A DNA stretch of 64,000 bases from Pseudomonadota bacterium (GTDB lineage: Bacteria; Bdellovibrionota_B; Oligoflexia; Oligoflexales; CAIMVM01), in contig JBAXBA010000002.1 in assembly GCA_037142195.1 (NCBI GenBank), forward strand, positions 11,005 to 75,004, written 5' to 3'. Below, in pieces: positions 45,357-54,870 of the stretch. Under the pieces are notes generated by a model that saw nothing but the letters and a program-made list of their open reading frames with translations, had not been told where the DNA came from and ran no database searches. Position numbers and translations under genes: made by a program. Position 1 is the first letter of the stretch; each line of letters starts with the position of its first letter.

Positions 45357-46433
45357 CTACCTTGAAATGCCACCTAATAGTTCCATCACATACCTGCCTC
45401 GTGAATAGATATCATGCCCATCTGCCCAAACTCGACTAAGTATGCGCTCTCGCATTTTCCTAATTCGATTGGCATCACCCTTAAGACCGGTCACCTTTGC
45501 GACGAGTTCTTCAGGGCTAGAGAAAAAAAGTGCTTCCTCACCACTTTCAAACAATGACTCTAGATCACTAGTACGCTCTGAAACTAATATAGTGCCAGCG
45601 GCAGGAATTTCGAAACACCGTCTCGTATAGGTATCTCGATTAAGTTTAGATAGAAAACAAAGAGCCATTGGTGAGCAGTTTAAAGCCAAATTATATTCAT
45701 CTCCCCAAAGTGGGCGAACATCCTTCAATTTAGAAAAAACTTTATGTTTCGAAATGATCTTTCCCCAACCAGAACTACCACTTTCGATATGCCCAAACAA
45801 TCTTACGTTAATCCCTTGTTCTAACAATCTAGCTAACGCCTCATCTCTTCCGTCATCTTCAAAATGACCGATAAAGACAATATCCCCGCCGTATTTCTCG
45901 ACATCTTGATTCGAGGGACCAACTGGTCTGTTAACTTCCGGTATGAACCAACTTCGCAAAAGCTCTGATCTAGGGGATCCAGCGAGTTCAAAGTCTTTAA
46001 GATTTTTATGCCGATAAGCAAAGGCGATATCTAAAATTGGAAGAGACGCATTGAAATGCCTCCATAGTAGAGGACTCGCCTCAGGGCTAAATGGATCATC
46101 ATTATTGTATGCAACAACAATAATCTGGGGAAATATTTGTCTTATTTGGCGAATCGTAGCGGCCAAAATATGGGTGCCTCGGTATATAAACAAAACTTCC
46201 GGCAAATGTTCTCTAACTAATTCAACCAGGTCATCGTTAAGTTTACTGACAATGGGACCTATCAAATATTTATTTTGGAACCTTCTACAAAATTTATGGA
46301 TTGGGCGAGAGCCGCCTGAAAAGTAAGGGTACCACTTGAAAGGGATAACATTTGCACCTGCCTTTTCCAAAGCAATTGCTAAAGGAACCTCATGTATTTT
46401 TGAATGCCAGTCGCCCGCTAATACTACTTTCAT
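45357..46433 (-). CDS. CgeB-family / DUF3880-type glycosyltransferase-like protein
   Basis: The C-terminal part FLSKLNRDTYTRRCFEIPAAGTILVSERTSDLESLFESGEEALFFSSPEEL fits the Glyco_trans_1_2/CgeB pattern. Confidence 0.6.
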   Translation of the reverse strand: MKVVLAGDWHSKIHEVPLAIALEKAGANVIPFKWYPYFSGGSRPIHKFCRRFQNKYLIGPIVSKLNDDLVELVREHLPEVLFIYRGTHILAATIRQIRQIFPQIIVVAYNNDDPFSPEASPLLWRHFNASLPILDIAFAYRHKNLKDFELAGSPRSELLRSWFIPEVNRPVGPSNQDVEKYGGDIVFIGHFEDDGRDEALARLLEQGINVRLFGHIESGSSGWGKIISKHKVFSKLKDVRPLWGDEYNLALNCSPMALCFLSKLNRDTYTRRCFEIPAAGTILVSERTSDLESLFESGEEALFFSSPEELVAKVTGLKGDANRIRKMRERILSRVWADGHDIYSRGRYVMELLGGISR

Positions 46434-46441
46434 AAACCAGC

Positions 46442-47464
46442 CTATAATTTGGGGGTGTATCCCAATCTATTTTTTATCAAAAGAATTAAACGATTTGTCC
46501 TCTTAGGGCCCAAAAAAGAAAGTACAATAAAGTAGAACCAGAAATAAATACTGGTCGCAAAACCTAATTTAGCTAATTTAATAGTATAACCTAGAAAAAC
46601 TAAAAAACTCTGGTTAGCCTGAATTGAAAGTAGTGGGTAAGAATACGCTCTCATGTCTTTCATTATTATTGAAAATAAATTTGGATAGTCTTGACTAATA
46701 TCTTTTGCAATCCTGATTAGACCCTCAATGAAATGGATGCTGCTTTCAGGTGTCTGAACTCCTGGAACAAACTTGCCTTTCTCCAATTCGGAATTTCCAA
46801 AATCAGGCGTTCCTCCTGTCCTGTAGAGAGCGACGGACCTTGGTGAATACACTCCTTCTCGTTGTAGCAGAACTTTAGAAACTAAATAAAGCTGATAGAG
46901 GAGAGTGCCATCAAATCGATCTGTTGCTACTAAATTAGCTGTCTCTCTATGAATACCGAGGCCGGATATAACCACAAAACGTCTAAAAAAAACGCCGACT
47001 GTCTCTATTCCTGGTGGGAACACTTGAAAATTAGGGAAATATCTAAACAACTCGCCAGGAGAATCTTTAGAGCCAGAAAAACTTCTATAGGTTCTTAAAA
47101 AAGCCCCAGGATTCTCTGCCTTATTTAAACAATCAGCTATATGGCTTAACGCTCCAACTTCAAGTAGATCGTCATTACCAACAAAAACACAAAAATCTCC
47201 TTGAGATTTAGATACAAGTTCCCTAAAATTTCTGTCGTATCCGAAGTTTTTATAGTTTTCGAAATACCTTATTTTCGATGGGTTTGAAATAAGATACTCT
47301 TGTGTAATTAATCTGATACTCTCTCGCTGGGGAGAGAAGTCTTCACATATGACAATCTCAAAATCCTCAAAATCTTGGCTCAGAATGGATTCCAAGAGTT
47401 CTGTCAAGTTCTCAGCTCTATTGTATGCTGGAATACATACGGAAATCAGGGGATGACTTTTCAA
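46442..47464 (-). CDS. GT2 glycosyltransferase
   Basis: Motifs are ISVCIPAYNRAENLTELLESILSQDFEDFEIVICEDFS and FVGNDD. Confidence 0.8.
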   Translation of the reverse strand: MKSHPLISVCIPAYNRAENLTELLESILSQDFEDFEIVICEDFSPQRESIRLITQEYLISNPSKIRYFENYKNFGYDRNFRELVSKSQGDFCVFVGNDDLLEVGALSHIADCLNKAENPGAFLRTYRSFSGSKDSPGELFRYFPNFQVFPPGIETVGVFFRRFVVISGLGIHRETANLVATDRFDGTLLYQLYLVSKVLLQREGVYSPRSVALYRTGGTPDFGNSELEKGKFVPGVQTPESSIHFIEGLIRIAKDISQDYPNLFSIIMKDMRAYSYPLLSIQANQSFLVFLGYTIKLAKLGFATSIYFWFYFIVLSFLGPKRTNRLILLIKNRLGYTPKL

Positions 47465-47487
47465 AATGACTCCAAGTTATACAATTT

Positions 47488-48501
47488 TTAAATTGCTCTA
47501 ATCCTATCAAGTAACTCTGCATTAACAATCTGCCAACCAAATTTAAATTGATCAAATTTATAGGAATCTATTGTTTCCAAAATACCATCTTTCGTTGAAT
47601 ACTTAATGCAATTAAGGTCCAAAAATTCCCGGTGGGAGGCAATATCAGAAACAACTAGCTTTTTATTGAACTGCGCGGCCTCTGCTAAGGCATTTGAAGA
47701 ATTTTCGATTTCAGAAAATGAAATGTAGGCAAAACTATTCTTCAGAACTCCTAAGACTTCAGTATGTGGCAAAACACCCATCCATTCCAGAGACTTATGT
47801 TTTAAAGCCGCCAGCTCGGGGACCTCACCGATAATTTTCAATTTTAAATCTTTGTATAAATTAGAATTGTCTAAAAACCACGATATCAACAAATCTAGTC
47901 TCTTATAAGAATAAGTGCCTATAGCCACAAAATAACGATTACTATCGTTAGATGGCGCTATAATATTGGGTTTCTCATTTTCTAATCCATTCTTCGATAT
48001 GTGAATTATATCAGAACTAACATCCAATTTAGTAATCAGAGACATAGTAAACTTAGATTCACACGACCACAAATCAACAAATTTAACGCTTCTTTTGAAA
48101 AAAAATCCGAGTATAAAAAATCGAACTCTATCAAAAAAAGAAAGTACAATTCCATCGGTTTTAAGGCTCAATGCGTTACTGACATGCAAAATTTGAATAC
48201 GCGCGAACCTTTTATTCAATGGAATGCCGTAGCTATACCAAATATCTACATTTCCAACCATTTTCAAAATTCGGGATTTGTAAGACTCTAAGTTGCAAAT
48301 TTTAGCAAATTTAGTTTTTTCGATTTTCAAGACTCTATTTTGGGGCCAATTTTCAAGATCGGCAGCACTTGGAACCAAAAATAAAACATTCTCCCAATCA
48401 CTGAAGTAATCCAAATATGCCCGCAATCTCTTTAAACCACCCCCAACGGGACTTGACGAAAAATCAAAGACTATTGAAGTGGAGCTGTCAATCTTCATCA
48501 T
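47488..48501 (-). CDS. GT1/GT4-like glycosyltransferase
   Basis: The C-terminal segment EIENSSNALAEAAQFNKKLVVSDIASHREFL carries an E-x7-E-type motif. Confidence 0.55.
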   Translation of the reverse strand: MMKIDSSTSIVFDFSSSPVGGGLKRLRAYLDYFSDWENVLFLVPSAADLENWPQNRVLKIEKTKFAKICNLESYKSRILKMVGNVDIWYSYGIPLNKRFARIQILHVSNALSLKTDGIVLSFFDRVRFFILGFFFKRSVKFVDLWSCESKFTMSLITKLDVSSDIIHISKNGLENEKPNIIAPSNDSNRYFVAIGTYSYKRLDLLISWFLDNSNLYKDLKLKIIGEVPELAALKHKSLEWMGVLPHTEVLGVLKNSFAYISFSEIENSSNALAEAAQFNKKLVVSDIASHREFLDLNCIKYSTKDGILETIDSYKFDQFKFGWQIVNAELLDRIRAI

Positions 48502-48505
48502 TGTC

Positions 48506-49528
48506 CTAGTAATGGAAGCCTTCCTTTAAGTACCAACTAACAAATTTCTCAACTCCATCTTCTAAACTTGTATTGGGGGCAAAATCTGAAACTGACCTCA
48601 ATGCTTGAGTATCTGCGGATGTTACGTGAACATCTCCCTGTTGCATCTCTCTGAAATTTATAATTGCTTTTTTTCCAAGGCTTTTTTCTATGGCAGCGAC
48701 TAGCTCTATAACTTGTCTCGGCTGATGATTCCCAATATTAAAAAAACTATGTTTGGAATTATCTGGATTGATGGGATAAGGTAACTCCGCAATTTTGTTA
48801 AAATTTTTGGCTAAACTAAGTATACCTGATACGATATCGTCGACAAAAGTAAAGTCGCGCCACAGCTTCCCTTCTCCATAAAGATCAATGGGCCTGTTTT
48901 CATTAATTGCCTTAGTAAATTTAAAGACAGCCATATCTGGCCTACCCCAAGGCCCATATACTGTGAAAAACCTTAGTCCTATACTTCTCAGCTCAAAAAG
49001 GTGGGAATAGGTATAAGCCATGAGCTCGTTTGCTTTTTTTGTAGCTGCATAGAGACTAATTGGAAAATCGGTTTTGTCATTTTCAGAAAAACGAGGATTG
49101 GGGTTCTCACCATATACACTGCTACTACTCGCGTACATCAGATTGAAATTTGAAAATTTTCTGCAGTATTCTAAAATCTCAAGAAAACCACTTACATTTG
49201 ACCGAATATAGGCCTGCGGTTTTTCTAGGCTAAATCGCACACCGGGCTGTGCAGCAAGGTGTAAAACCAGGTCAAATTTTTTATGAAATCGCACTCCCGA
49301 TAATGAGTTAATTTCATTGACATCAAAATCTTCAACTAATATTTCATGCCTATCTTTCAAGTATTTGCAGCGCGCTCTTTTTAACTCATTGGAGTAATAA
49401 GGATCAAAATTATCAATTGCTTCTACAGCATAACCCGCAGAATGAAATTTACTACATGCGTGCATGCCAATAAATCCCGCAGCGCCTGTAATCAATACAC
49501 TTGGCTTAGACACGTCTGCTCCAAACAA
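48506..49528 (-). CDS. NAD-dependent nucleotide-sugar 4-epimerase (UDP-glucuronate/UDP-GalNAcA epimerase-like)
   Basis: Motifs are VLITGAAGFIGMH, DNFDPYYS and YAATKKANE (YxxxK). Confidence 0.75.
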   Translation of the reverse strand: MFGADVSKPSVLITGAAGFIGMHACSKFHSAGYAVEAIDNFDPYYSNELKRARCKYLKDRHEILVEDFDVNEINSLSGVRFHKKFDLVLHLAAQPGVRFSLEKPQAYIRSNVSGFLEILEYCRKFSNFNLMYASSSSVYGENPNPRFSENDKTDFPISLYAATKKANELMAYTYSHLFELRSIGLRFFTVYGPWGRPDMAVFKFTKAINENRPIDLYGEGKLWRDFTFVDDIVSGILSLAKNFNKIAELPYPINPDNSKHSFFNIGNHQPRQVIELVAAIEKSLGKKAIINFREMQQGDVHVTSADTQALRSVSDFAPNTSLEDGVEKFVSWYLKEGFHY

Positions 49529-50639
49529 CTCTATTTATGTAATCAGTATAGCTTAAAATGATTTTAACAACTTTATCCGATACATTTGGCATGTGATAGT
49601 CAAAGACTGGTCTAGAATCCGAGAACTGGGTATTAGTCTCCAAAAGCAGAGCTTCTAGACACTGCAAAATACGTGCGCTGTTGACCCCAGGCATCATCAC
49701 AACACCCTCTTCCATCGCCTCTGGGCGCTCGTGAGCTTGGCGTATATTTAAAGCTTTAAATCCAAGTATATTTGCTTCTTCGCTGATAGTGCCGCTGTCG
49801 GAAAAAACAACTTTTGCATTCAATTGAAGATTAACATAGTCCATAAAGCCCAATGGTTTATGGAGATTTATGTTTCTATGCATCTGAATTTCTTCGGCTT
49901 CTATTCTTTTTCTAGTTCTAGGATGAGTAGAAACAATTACTGGAAGGCCGTATATTTCAGCGACGCTATTCAATGTAGAAAAAATTGATTTTAAATTTTC
50001 CAAATTATCAACGTTTTCCTCTCTATGAGTGCTAACCAAAAAATAATTATCTTTTGTCACTCCTAAACAAGAAAGTACGTCTGACTGCAATATTTTCGGC
50101 TTAAAATATGAAAGCACTTCAAACATGGGACTGCCAGTTTTAATAATCCGGTCAGGCGGAATTCCCTCCCTAAGCAAATACTCTCTTGCTATATCACTAT
50201 AAGGCAAATTTATGTCTGAAATATGATCTACTATTTTTCTATTTATTTCTTCAGGAACTCGTTGATCGAAACAACGATTTCCAGCTTCCATGTGAAAAAC
50301 TGGAATCTTTCTTCTCTTGGCTGGAATCGCTGCCAAGCAGCTGTTCGTATCACCCAGGATCAGCACAGCATCTGGAGCTTCTTTTGCTAAAACCTTATCG
50401 ACTTCAATGATTATATTTCCAATAGTTTCGGCAGCTGAACCTGATGCCACACTGAGAAAATAGTCCGGCTTTTTTAGTTCTAGGTCTCGAAAAAAAATCT
50501 CATTCAATTCATAATCGTAATTTTGTCCAGTATGCACGATTATATGATTGCAAGTTTGATCCAAACGAGAAATTACCCTCGAAAGCCGAATTATCTCCGG
50601 CCTAGTGCCAACTACAGTTATTACCTTTAATTTATTCAT
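49506..50639 (-). CDS. fnlC: UDP-N-acetylglucosamine 2-epimerase, FnlC/CapG type
   Basis: MNKLKVITVVGTRPEIIRLS...HTGQNYDYELNEIFF...ILGDTNSCLAA...VFHMEAGNRCFDQRVPEEINR. Confidence 0.9.
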   Translation of the reverse strand: MNKLKVITVVGTRPEIIRLSRVISRLDQTCNHIIVHTGQNYDYELNEIFFRDLELKKPDYFLSVASGSAAETIGNIIIEVDKVLAKEAPDAVLILGDTNSCLAAIPAKRRKIPVFHMEAGNRCFDQRVPEEINRKIVDHISDINLPYSDIAREYLLREGIPPDRIIKTGSPMFEVLSYFKPKILQSDVLSCLGVTKDNYFLVSTHREENVDNLENLKSIFSTLNSVAEIYGLPVIVSTHPRTRKRIEAEEIQMHRNINLHKPLGFMDYVNLQLNAKVVFSDSGTISEEANILGFKALNIRQAHERPEAMEEGVVMMPGVNSARILQCLEALLLETNTQFSDSRPVFDYHMPNVSDKVVKIILSYTDYINRVVWSRRV

Positions 50640-51745
50640 ATCAGCTCCGCGGAGATTGTATCTGGCAAATCTCGATTAAAGATCTCATTCGCCCAAAGCA
50701 TTACTACAAGTTTGTCGTCACCAATATTTGTAATATCGTGGGCCCATCCTGGAATTGTATCTACGATCTCAGGAACATTGCCATCTGTGATAAGCGTGTA
50801 CTTTTCATTCGTCAAAATATTTCTAAATCTAAATTCCGCTTTTCCTGAAATCACTAGAAATTTCTCAGTTTTGGTATGGTGATAGTGCCCACCTCTAGTA
50901 ACTCCACAAAGTGCCGTAAAATAGGAAAATTGTCCCGCGTCGGAGGTTTTGAGCATCTCAACAAAATCGCCTCTCGCATCAGCATACTTCTTAACCTTCA
51001 AAGAAAATTTAGACGGTGGCAAAAAGCTGATATAAGTCGAATACAAAGCACGGATCAGACCATTTCCAACTCTTCCAATCTCCAAGGTTTGAGGGAATAA
51101 TTTGAAACCTTCAAGTATATCGGACACATCTCCTACTGAAGTAGAATACACATGTTGATCAATTTCAGGAAACGACCCGCCATTCATTGATGCCAGCACC
51201 GCCTTAATAAGTACGTTTACGACGTCATCAATATAAATAAGCGTTAATGGCATATTTCGATCGTGCACTGTATATGCTTTATCATTTGCAATCGAGTGGC
51301 AAAAAGTTGCTACTGCAGAATTATAATTGGGTTTTGACCATTTCCCAAAAACATTTGGAAATCTGTAAATTTTGGTTAAGGCTTTTGTTTCCGCGGCATA
51401 GTCGGAAATTACTTTCTCGGCGTTGAATTTGGATTTACCATAGGGATTGTCTAAATTGGCTTGAACCGAAGAAGAATAAATAATCGGTATCTTCCGACCA
51501 ATTCTAAGTATTGTATCGCACAATTTCTTGGTTAGTTCAACATTCCCTTCATGAAACTCCTTAATATCATTTGGGCGGTTAATGCCAGCAAGGTGCACCA
51601 CTGCATCAGAGACTCTGAGACCTTCAATCATATCAACTTCAGATGTGTCTCTAAAAATTTCGACAACTTCATGGTTAAGTTCTCTGCAGGCCAAAACTAA
51701 ATTCTTCCCAATAAATCCACGTGAACCCGTTACTAAAATTTTCAT
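50636..51745 (-). CDS. fnlB: FnlB/CapF-type bifunctional reductase/epimerase (SDR N-domain + cupin C-domain)
   Basis: It starts MKILVTGSRGFIGKNL. The C-terminal segment is GVTRGGHYHHTKTEKFLVISGKA...MLWANE. It lies between fnlA and fnlC. Confidence 0.85.
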   Translation of the reverse strand: MKILVTGSRGFIGKNLVLACRELNHEVVEIFRDTSEVDMIEGLRVSDAVVHLAGINRPNDIKEFHEGNVELTKKLCDTILRIGRKIPIIYSSSVQANLDNPYGKSKFNAEKVISDYAAETKALTKIYRFPNVFGKWSKPNYNSAVATFCHSIANDKAYTVHDRNMPLTLIYIDDVVNVLIKAVLASMNGGSFPEIDQHVYSTSVGDVSDILEGFKLFPQTLEIGRVGNGLIRALYSTYISFLPPSKFSLKVKKYADARGDFVEMLKTSDAGQFSYFTALCGVTRGGHYHHTKTEKFLVISGKAEFRFRNILTNEKYTLITDGNVPEIVDTIPGWAHDITNIGDDKLVVMLWANEIFNRDLPDTISAELI

Positions 51746-51757
51746 AGCTCCACCTAT

Positions 51758-52771
51758 CTATTTACGGAGTTCTTCTTGAACGAGTGGAAGCTGCAATAGA
51801 ATTTCTTTTATTTCTTTTACATTTAATCGCCTAGTATTAGAAGAATTATAATCTTCTTGCTCGGTAACTCTGCGATCTCCGTCTGAATAATATAAGCTGT
51901 AATTTAGATCTCGGTCGTCAGGTGCTACCCGGTAATAATCCCCAAGGTCTACAGACCGTAATCTTTCCTCTCGACTTAGCAAGGTTTCATGCTTTTTTTC
52001 ACCGTGCCGAGTGCCGATTATCTTGATTTCATTTTTTGAATTAAAAATCTCGCAAACTGCAATGGCCAAGTCATGAATTGTTGAGGCTGGGGACTTTTGA
52101 ACGAAAATATCCCCTCCTTCAGCATTCTTAAAAGCGAAAAAAACCAAATGCATCGCTTGATCCAAAGTCATTAAAAATCTGGTCATTTCGGGGTCTGTTA
52201 TTGTAATTGATTTATTTTCTTTAATTTGCTTTATAAACAACGGAACCACGGAACCTCTAGACGCCAAAACGTTTCCATAGCGTGTTGCGGAAATAGTAAT
52301 CACTTTTGGGTCTACTGCTCGCCCTTTAGCAACAGAGACTTTTTCCATCATTGCTTTTGATATTCCCATTGCATTGATGGGGTATACGGCTTTATCGGTG
52401 CTCAACACTACAACGTTTTTTACCGAACTAGCTATACATGCATTTAAAACATTTTCAGTCCCAAGAATATTTGTTTTTACTGCTTCCATTGGATAGAATT
52501 CACACGAAGGGACTTGTTTTAAAGCTGCAGCTGAAAATACATAGTCCACCCCTCTCAGAGCATTTTCAATGGAACTATAGTCCCTAACATCTCCGATATG
52601 GTATTTTACTCGAGTACTGTTTAAGTCTAGTCGCATATCCTCTTGCTTTTTTTCGTCACGACTAAAAATCCTAATTTCTTTAATATCAGTACTATTTAGA
52701 AAATGCCGGGCCACAACGTTACCAAAGGATCCTGTTCCGCCCGTTACTAGAACTGTTTTATTTTTGAACAC
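51758..52771 (-). CDS. fnlA: UDP-GlcNAc 4,6-dehydratase/5-epimerase, FnlA/CapE type
   Basis: The N-terminal half, TVLVTGGTGSFGN...EIRIFSRDEKKQEDM...AAALKQVPSCEFYPMEAVKTNILGTENVL...LSTDKAVYPINAMGISKAMMEK, has near-CapE signature blocks. Confidence 0.9.
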   Translation of the reverse strand: MFKNKTVLVTGGTGSFGNVVARHFLNSTDIKEIRIFSRDEKKQEDMRLDLNSTRVKYHIGDVRDYSSIENALRGVDYVFSAAALKQVPSCEFYPMEAVKTNILGTENVLNACIASSVKNVVVLSTDKAVYPINAMGISKAMMEKVSVAKGRAVDPKVITISATRYGNVLASRGSVVPLFIKQIKENKSITITDPEMTRFLMTLDQAMHLVFFAFKNAEGGDIFVQKSPASTIHDLAIAVCEIFNSKNEIKIIGTRHGEKKHETLLSREERLRSVDLGDYYRVAPDDRDLNYSLYYSDGDRRVTEQEDYNSSNTRRLNVKEIKEILLQLPLVQEELRK

Positions 52772-52783
52772 GCTAAGCCTTCC

Positions 52784-53980
52784 CTATTTTGTGCAAGCCT
52801 GTATATATTTTTCAACTAGCTTGGTTTTATCAAAAAATTGCCGATAAATATCTTGGTTTTTTGTTCCTAAATCTCTGATTTCATTTTCACTCAATTTCGA
52901 AACGGCAATGATATTGTTGACAATAGCATCAACATTGCCAGATTCAAATGTAAAAACGCTTGAATAGCCCTCAAACATTCTATTGGCCTCACCATCAATA
53001 CCACACAAAAAGGGTGTTCCACATGCTAAGCAAGATGAGAGTTTTGAGGGCAAAGTCATTTGGAACTGGGGAGATGGAACTAAATGCGCAATTACTGCCC
53101 TTGAGTTTTGCATAAACTCAAGGGCTGCATCAGGGGTATGCCTGCCCAAAAAAGACACATTACCCATTCCATCGGCCAACGACCTGAGACTTTCCATTTC
53201 ATTTCCCACGCCAATAAAACATAACTCTAGGCCAGTAGAGATTACTTCTTGCGTTCTAAATGCGAAAATAAAAGAATCTAAGCCCTGGGCCAAACCCAAA
53301 TTTCCAGCATAAACTATTCTTTTTGGGTGCCTTCTATTTAGTTGGGCCGCGGCCAAGGAGCCTGGAATCCCATCTACCCAAACAGGCAAGAAATGAACTT
53401 TCGCGGGATCTATACCGTCATTTATATAGCGCTGCCTCATTCCGTTGGTGGAAACTACAAGAGTTTTTGCGAATCTATTGATCCACCTGGAGTATTTATA
53501 GAGAAATTCAATTAAGAAACCTTTTCTTGCAGTGCGGGCAGCAAGCAGACTTTCAGGCCAAAGATCAACGCAAATATAGACCGCAGGAATACGAAAAAAT
53601 TTATAGGGGAGCGTGGCAAGAGCCGCAAAAAAAGGTGTTTGATAGACTATAAGGCGGCGCGGGACAAAGAAAGGTACAACAAATAAACTAGCGATGAAAG
53701 AACTTAAAACGAACGACATATAAGAAACTAAACGAAGAACCATGTTCTTTGAATGGTCAGGGAAATGGGGCACTCGTATAATGGATACACCATTTTCATT
53801 TTTTAAAGTTGGATAGAAACGAAAATATCCCTTAAAAAACTTGCCGCCTGGATAATTTGGATACGCCGTAATTACAGCAACTTTGAATCCTTTATTGACC
53901 AGGCCTTCAGCCAAGGCTTGATTAATAAAATTTGCTTCAGGCGAATAATGTAACGTAATAAAAAGTATTGACTCTGGCAT
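52784..53980 (-). CDS. GT4 glycosyltransferase, WbuB/WbjE-like (candidate L-FucNAc transferase)
   Basis: ILFITLHYSPEANF...VAVITAYPNYPGGKFFKGY fits the family. It is positioned directly upstream of fnlABC, as in known L-FucNAc loci. The start is chosen at ATG 53980. Confidence 0.7.
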   Translation of the reverse strand: MPESILFITLHYSPEANFINQALAEGLVNKGFKVAVITAYPNYPGGKFFKGYFRFYPTLKNENGVSIIRVPHFPDHSKNMVLRLVSYMSFVLSSFIASLFVVPFFVPRRLIVYQTPFFAALATLPYKFFRIPAVYICVDLWPESLLAARTARKGFLIEFLYKYSRWINRFAKTLVVSTNGMRQRYINDGIDPAKVHFLPVWVDGIPGSLAAAQLNRRHPKRIVYAGNLGLAQGLDSFIFAFRTQEVISTGLELCFIGVGNEMESLRSLADGMGNVSFLGRHTPDAALEFMQNSRAVIAHLVPSPQFQMTLPSKLSSCLACGTPFLCGIDGEANRMFEGYSSVFTFESGNVDAIVNNIIAVSKLSENEIRDLGTKNQDIYRQFFDKTKLVEKYIQACTK

Positions 53981-54187
53981 TTTATCCCTGCACACTAATA
54001 CGATTTACATACTACAGCACCTACGCATTATGTGAAATCAAATTCGCCCTGTCGGGACCGTATCAGTAATTAAAACAACTACTTTCATAGATAAGGTCGG
54101 CTGAAAGGACCTTGGCTAAAGTCTGTTAGTAATCATTTTACCAGCCTAACAGCGCACCAACAAACATCTGATTCGATAGGAAAGAAA

Positions 54188-54418
54188 TTAGAGTTTAATG
54201 ATGTAATGAGCAAATAATATACGCCGTGTAATTTCATCTATCACAGCAACAATCCACTTGGAACCGAAATGCCGGGGCATGCGACTTAAGGGATAAAACT
54301 CGATTAAATCCAGAAAACTCCAATCGAGATTCAGAATATACTCCTCTAGCAGAATATAGTGCAAAAAAGCGGCATCTGATGCTTTAAAGGCGAGCGAGCG
54401 AGCAAGGTGCCCAGGCAA
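54188..54418 (-). pseudogene. Fragment of a DDE integrase-core (rve) transposase, IS3/IS481-like
   Basis: LNLDWSFLDLIEFYPLSRMPRHFGSKWIVAVIDEITRRILFAHY fits pn..W..D.T.......g..Yl..viD..sR.ivg. It is truncated by a stop and surrounded by broken frames. Confidence 0.4.
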
Positions 54419-54870
54419 AGCCTAGGATTCCTCTGCCAGTAGACTTAAAGTCCCTCGTTGGTTTGATTCTATTGATTGAGATCGAATGAAACCCATAACA
54501 ACTTAGACTAGACCACTCATCGGCGGGGCGAAGAACTCTAATCACTGAGTTTTCAGTTTGGCAGAAGCTGCAAAATTTTAGAGAGGCTTCCTTGGACAAC
54601 GAATAAGTTAAGGTTGAAAAAATGATACAAATGATACTAAACTAGCCGTAAGTCTCCTGCGCTAGGATGTTTGCTTAGAATAAGCGTCTTTTGTTCTAAC
54701 TACTTTATTTTTAGTGTTTTTACTAAGATCGGATTGAGTGAATTTATATAATACCTTAACTCTAAAATCGATCGCTGTTCATGTCACCTTTTAGGCTTAA
54801 TTCTCTAACTCATTGGCGCTATGAAAGTGGCCACTGCAGATTTAGACCTGTCTTTACGGAAAGCTATTGA

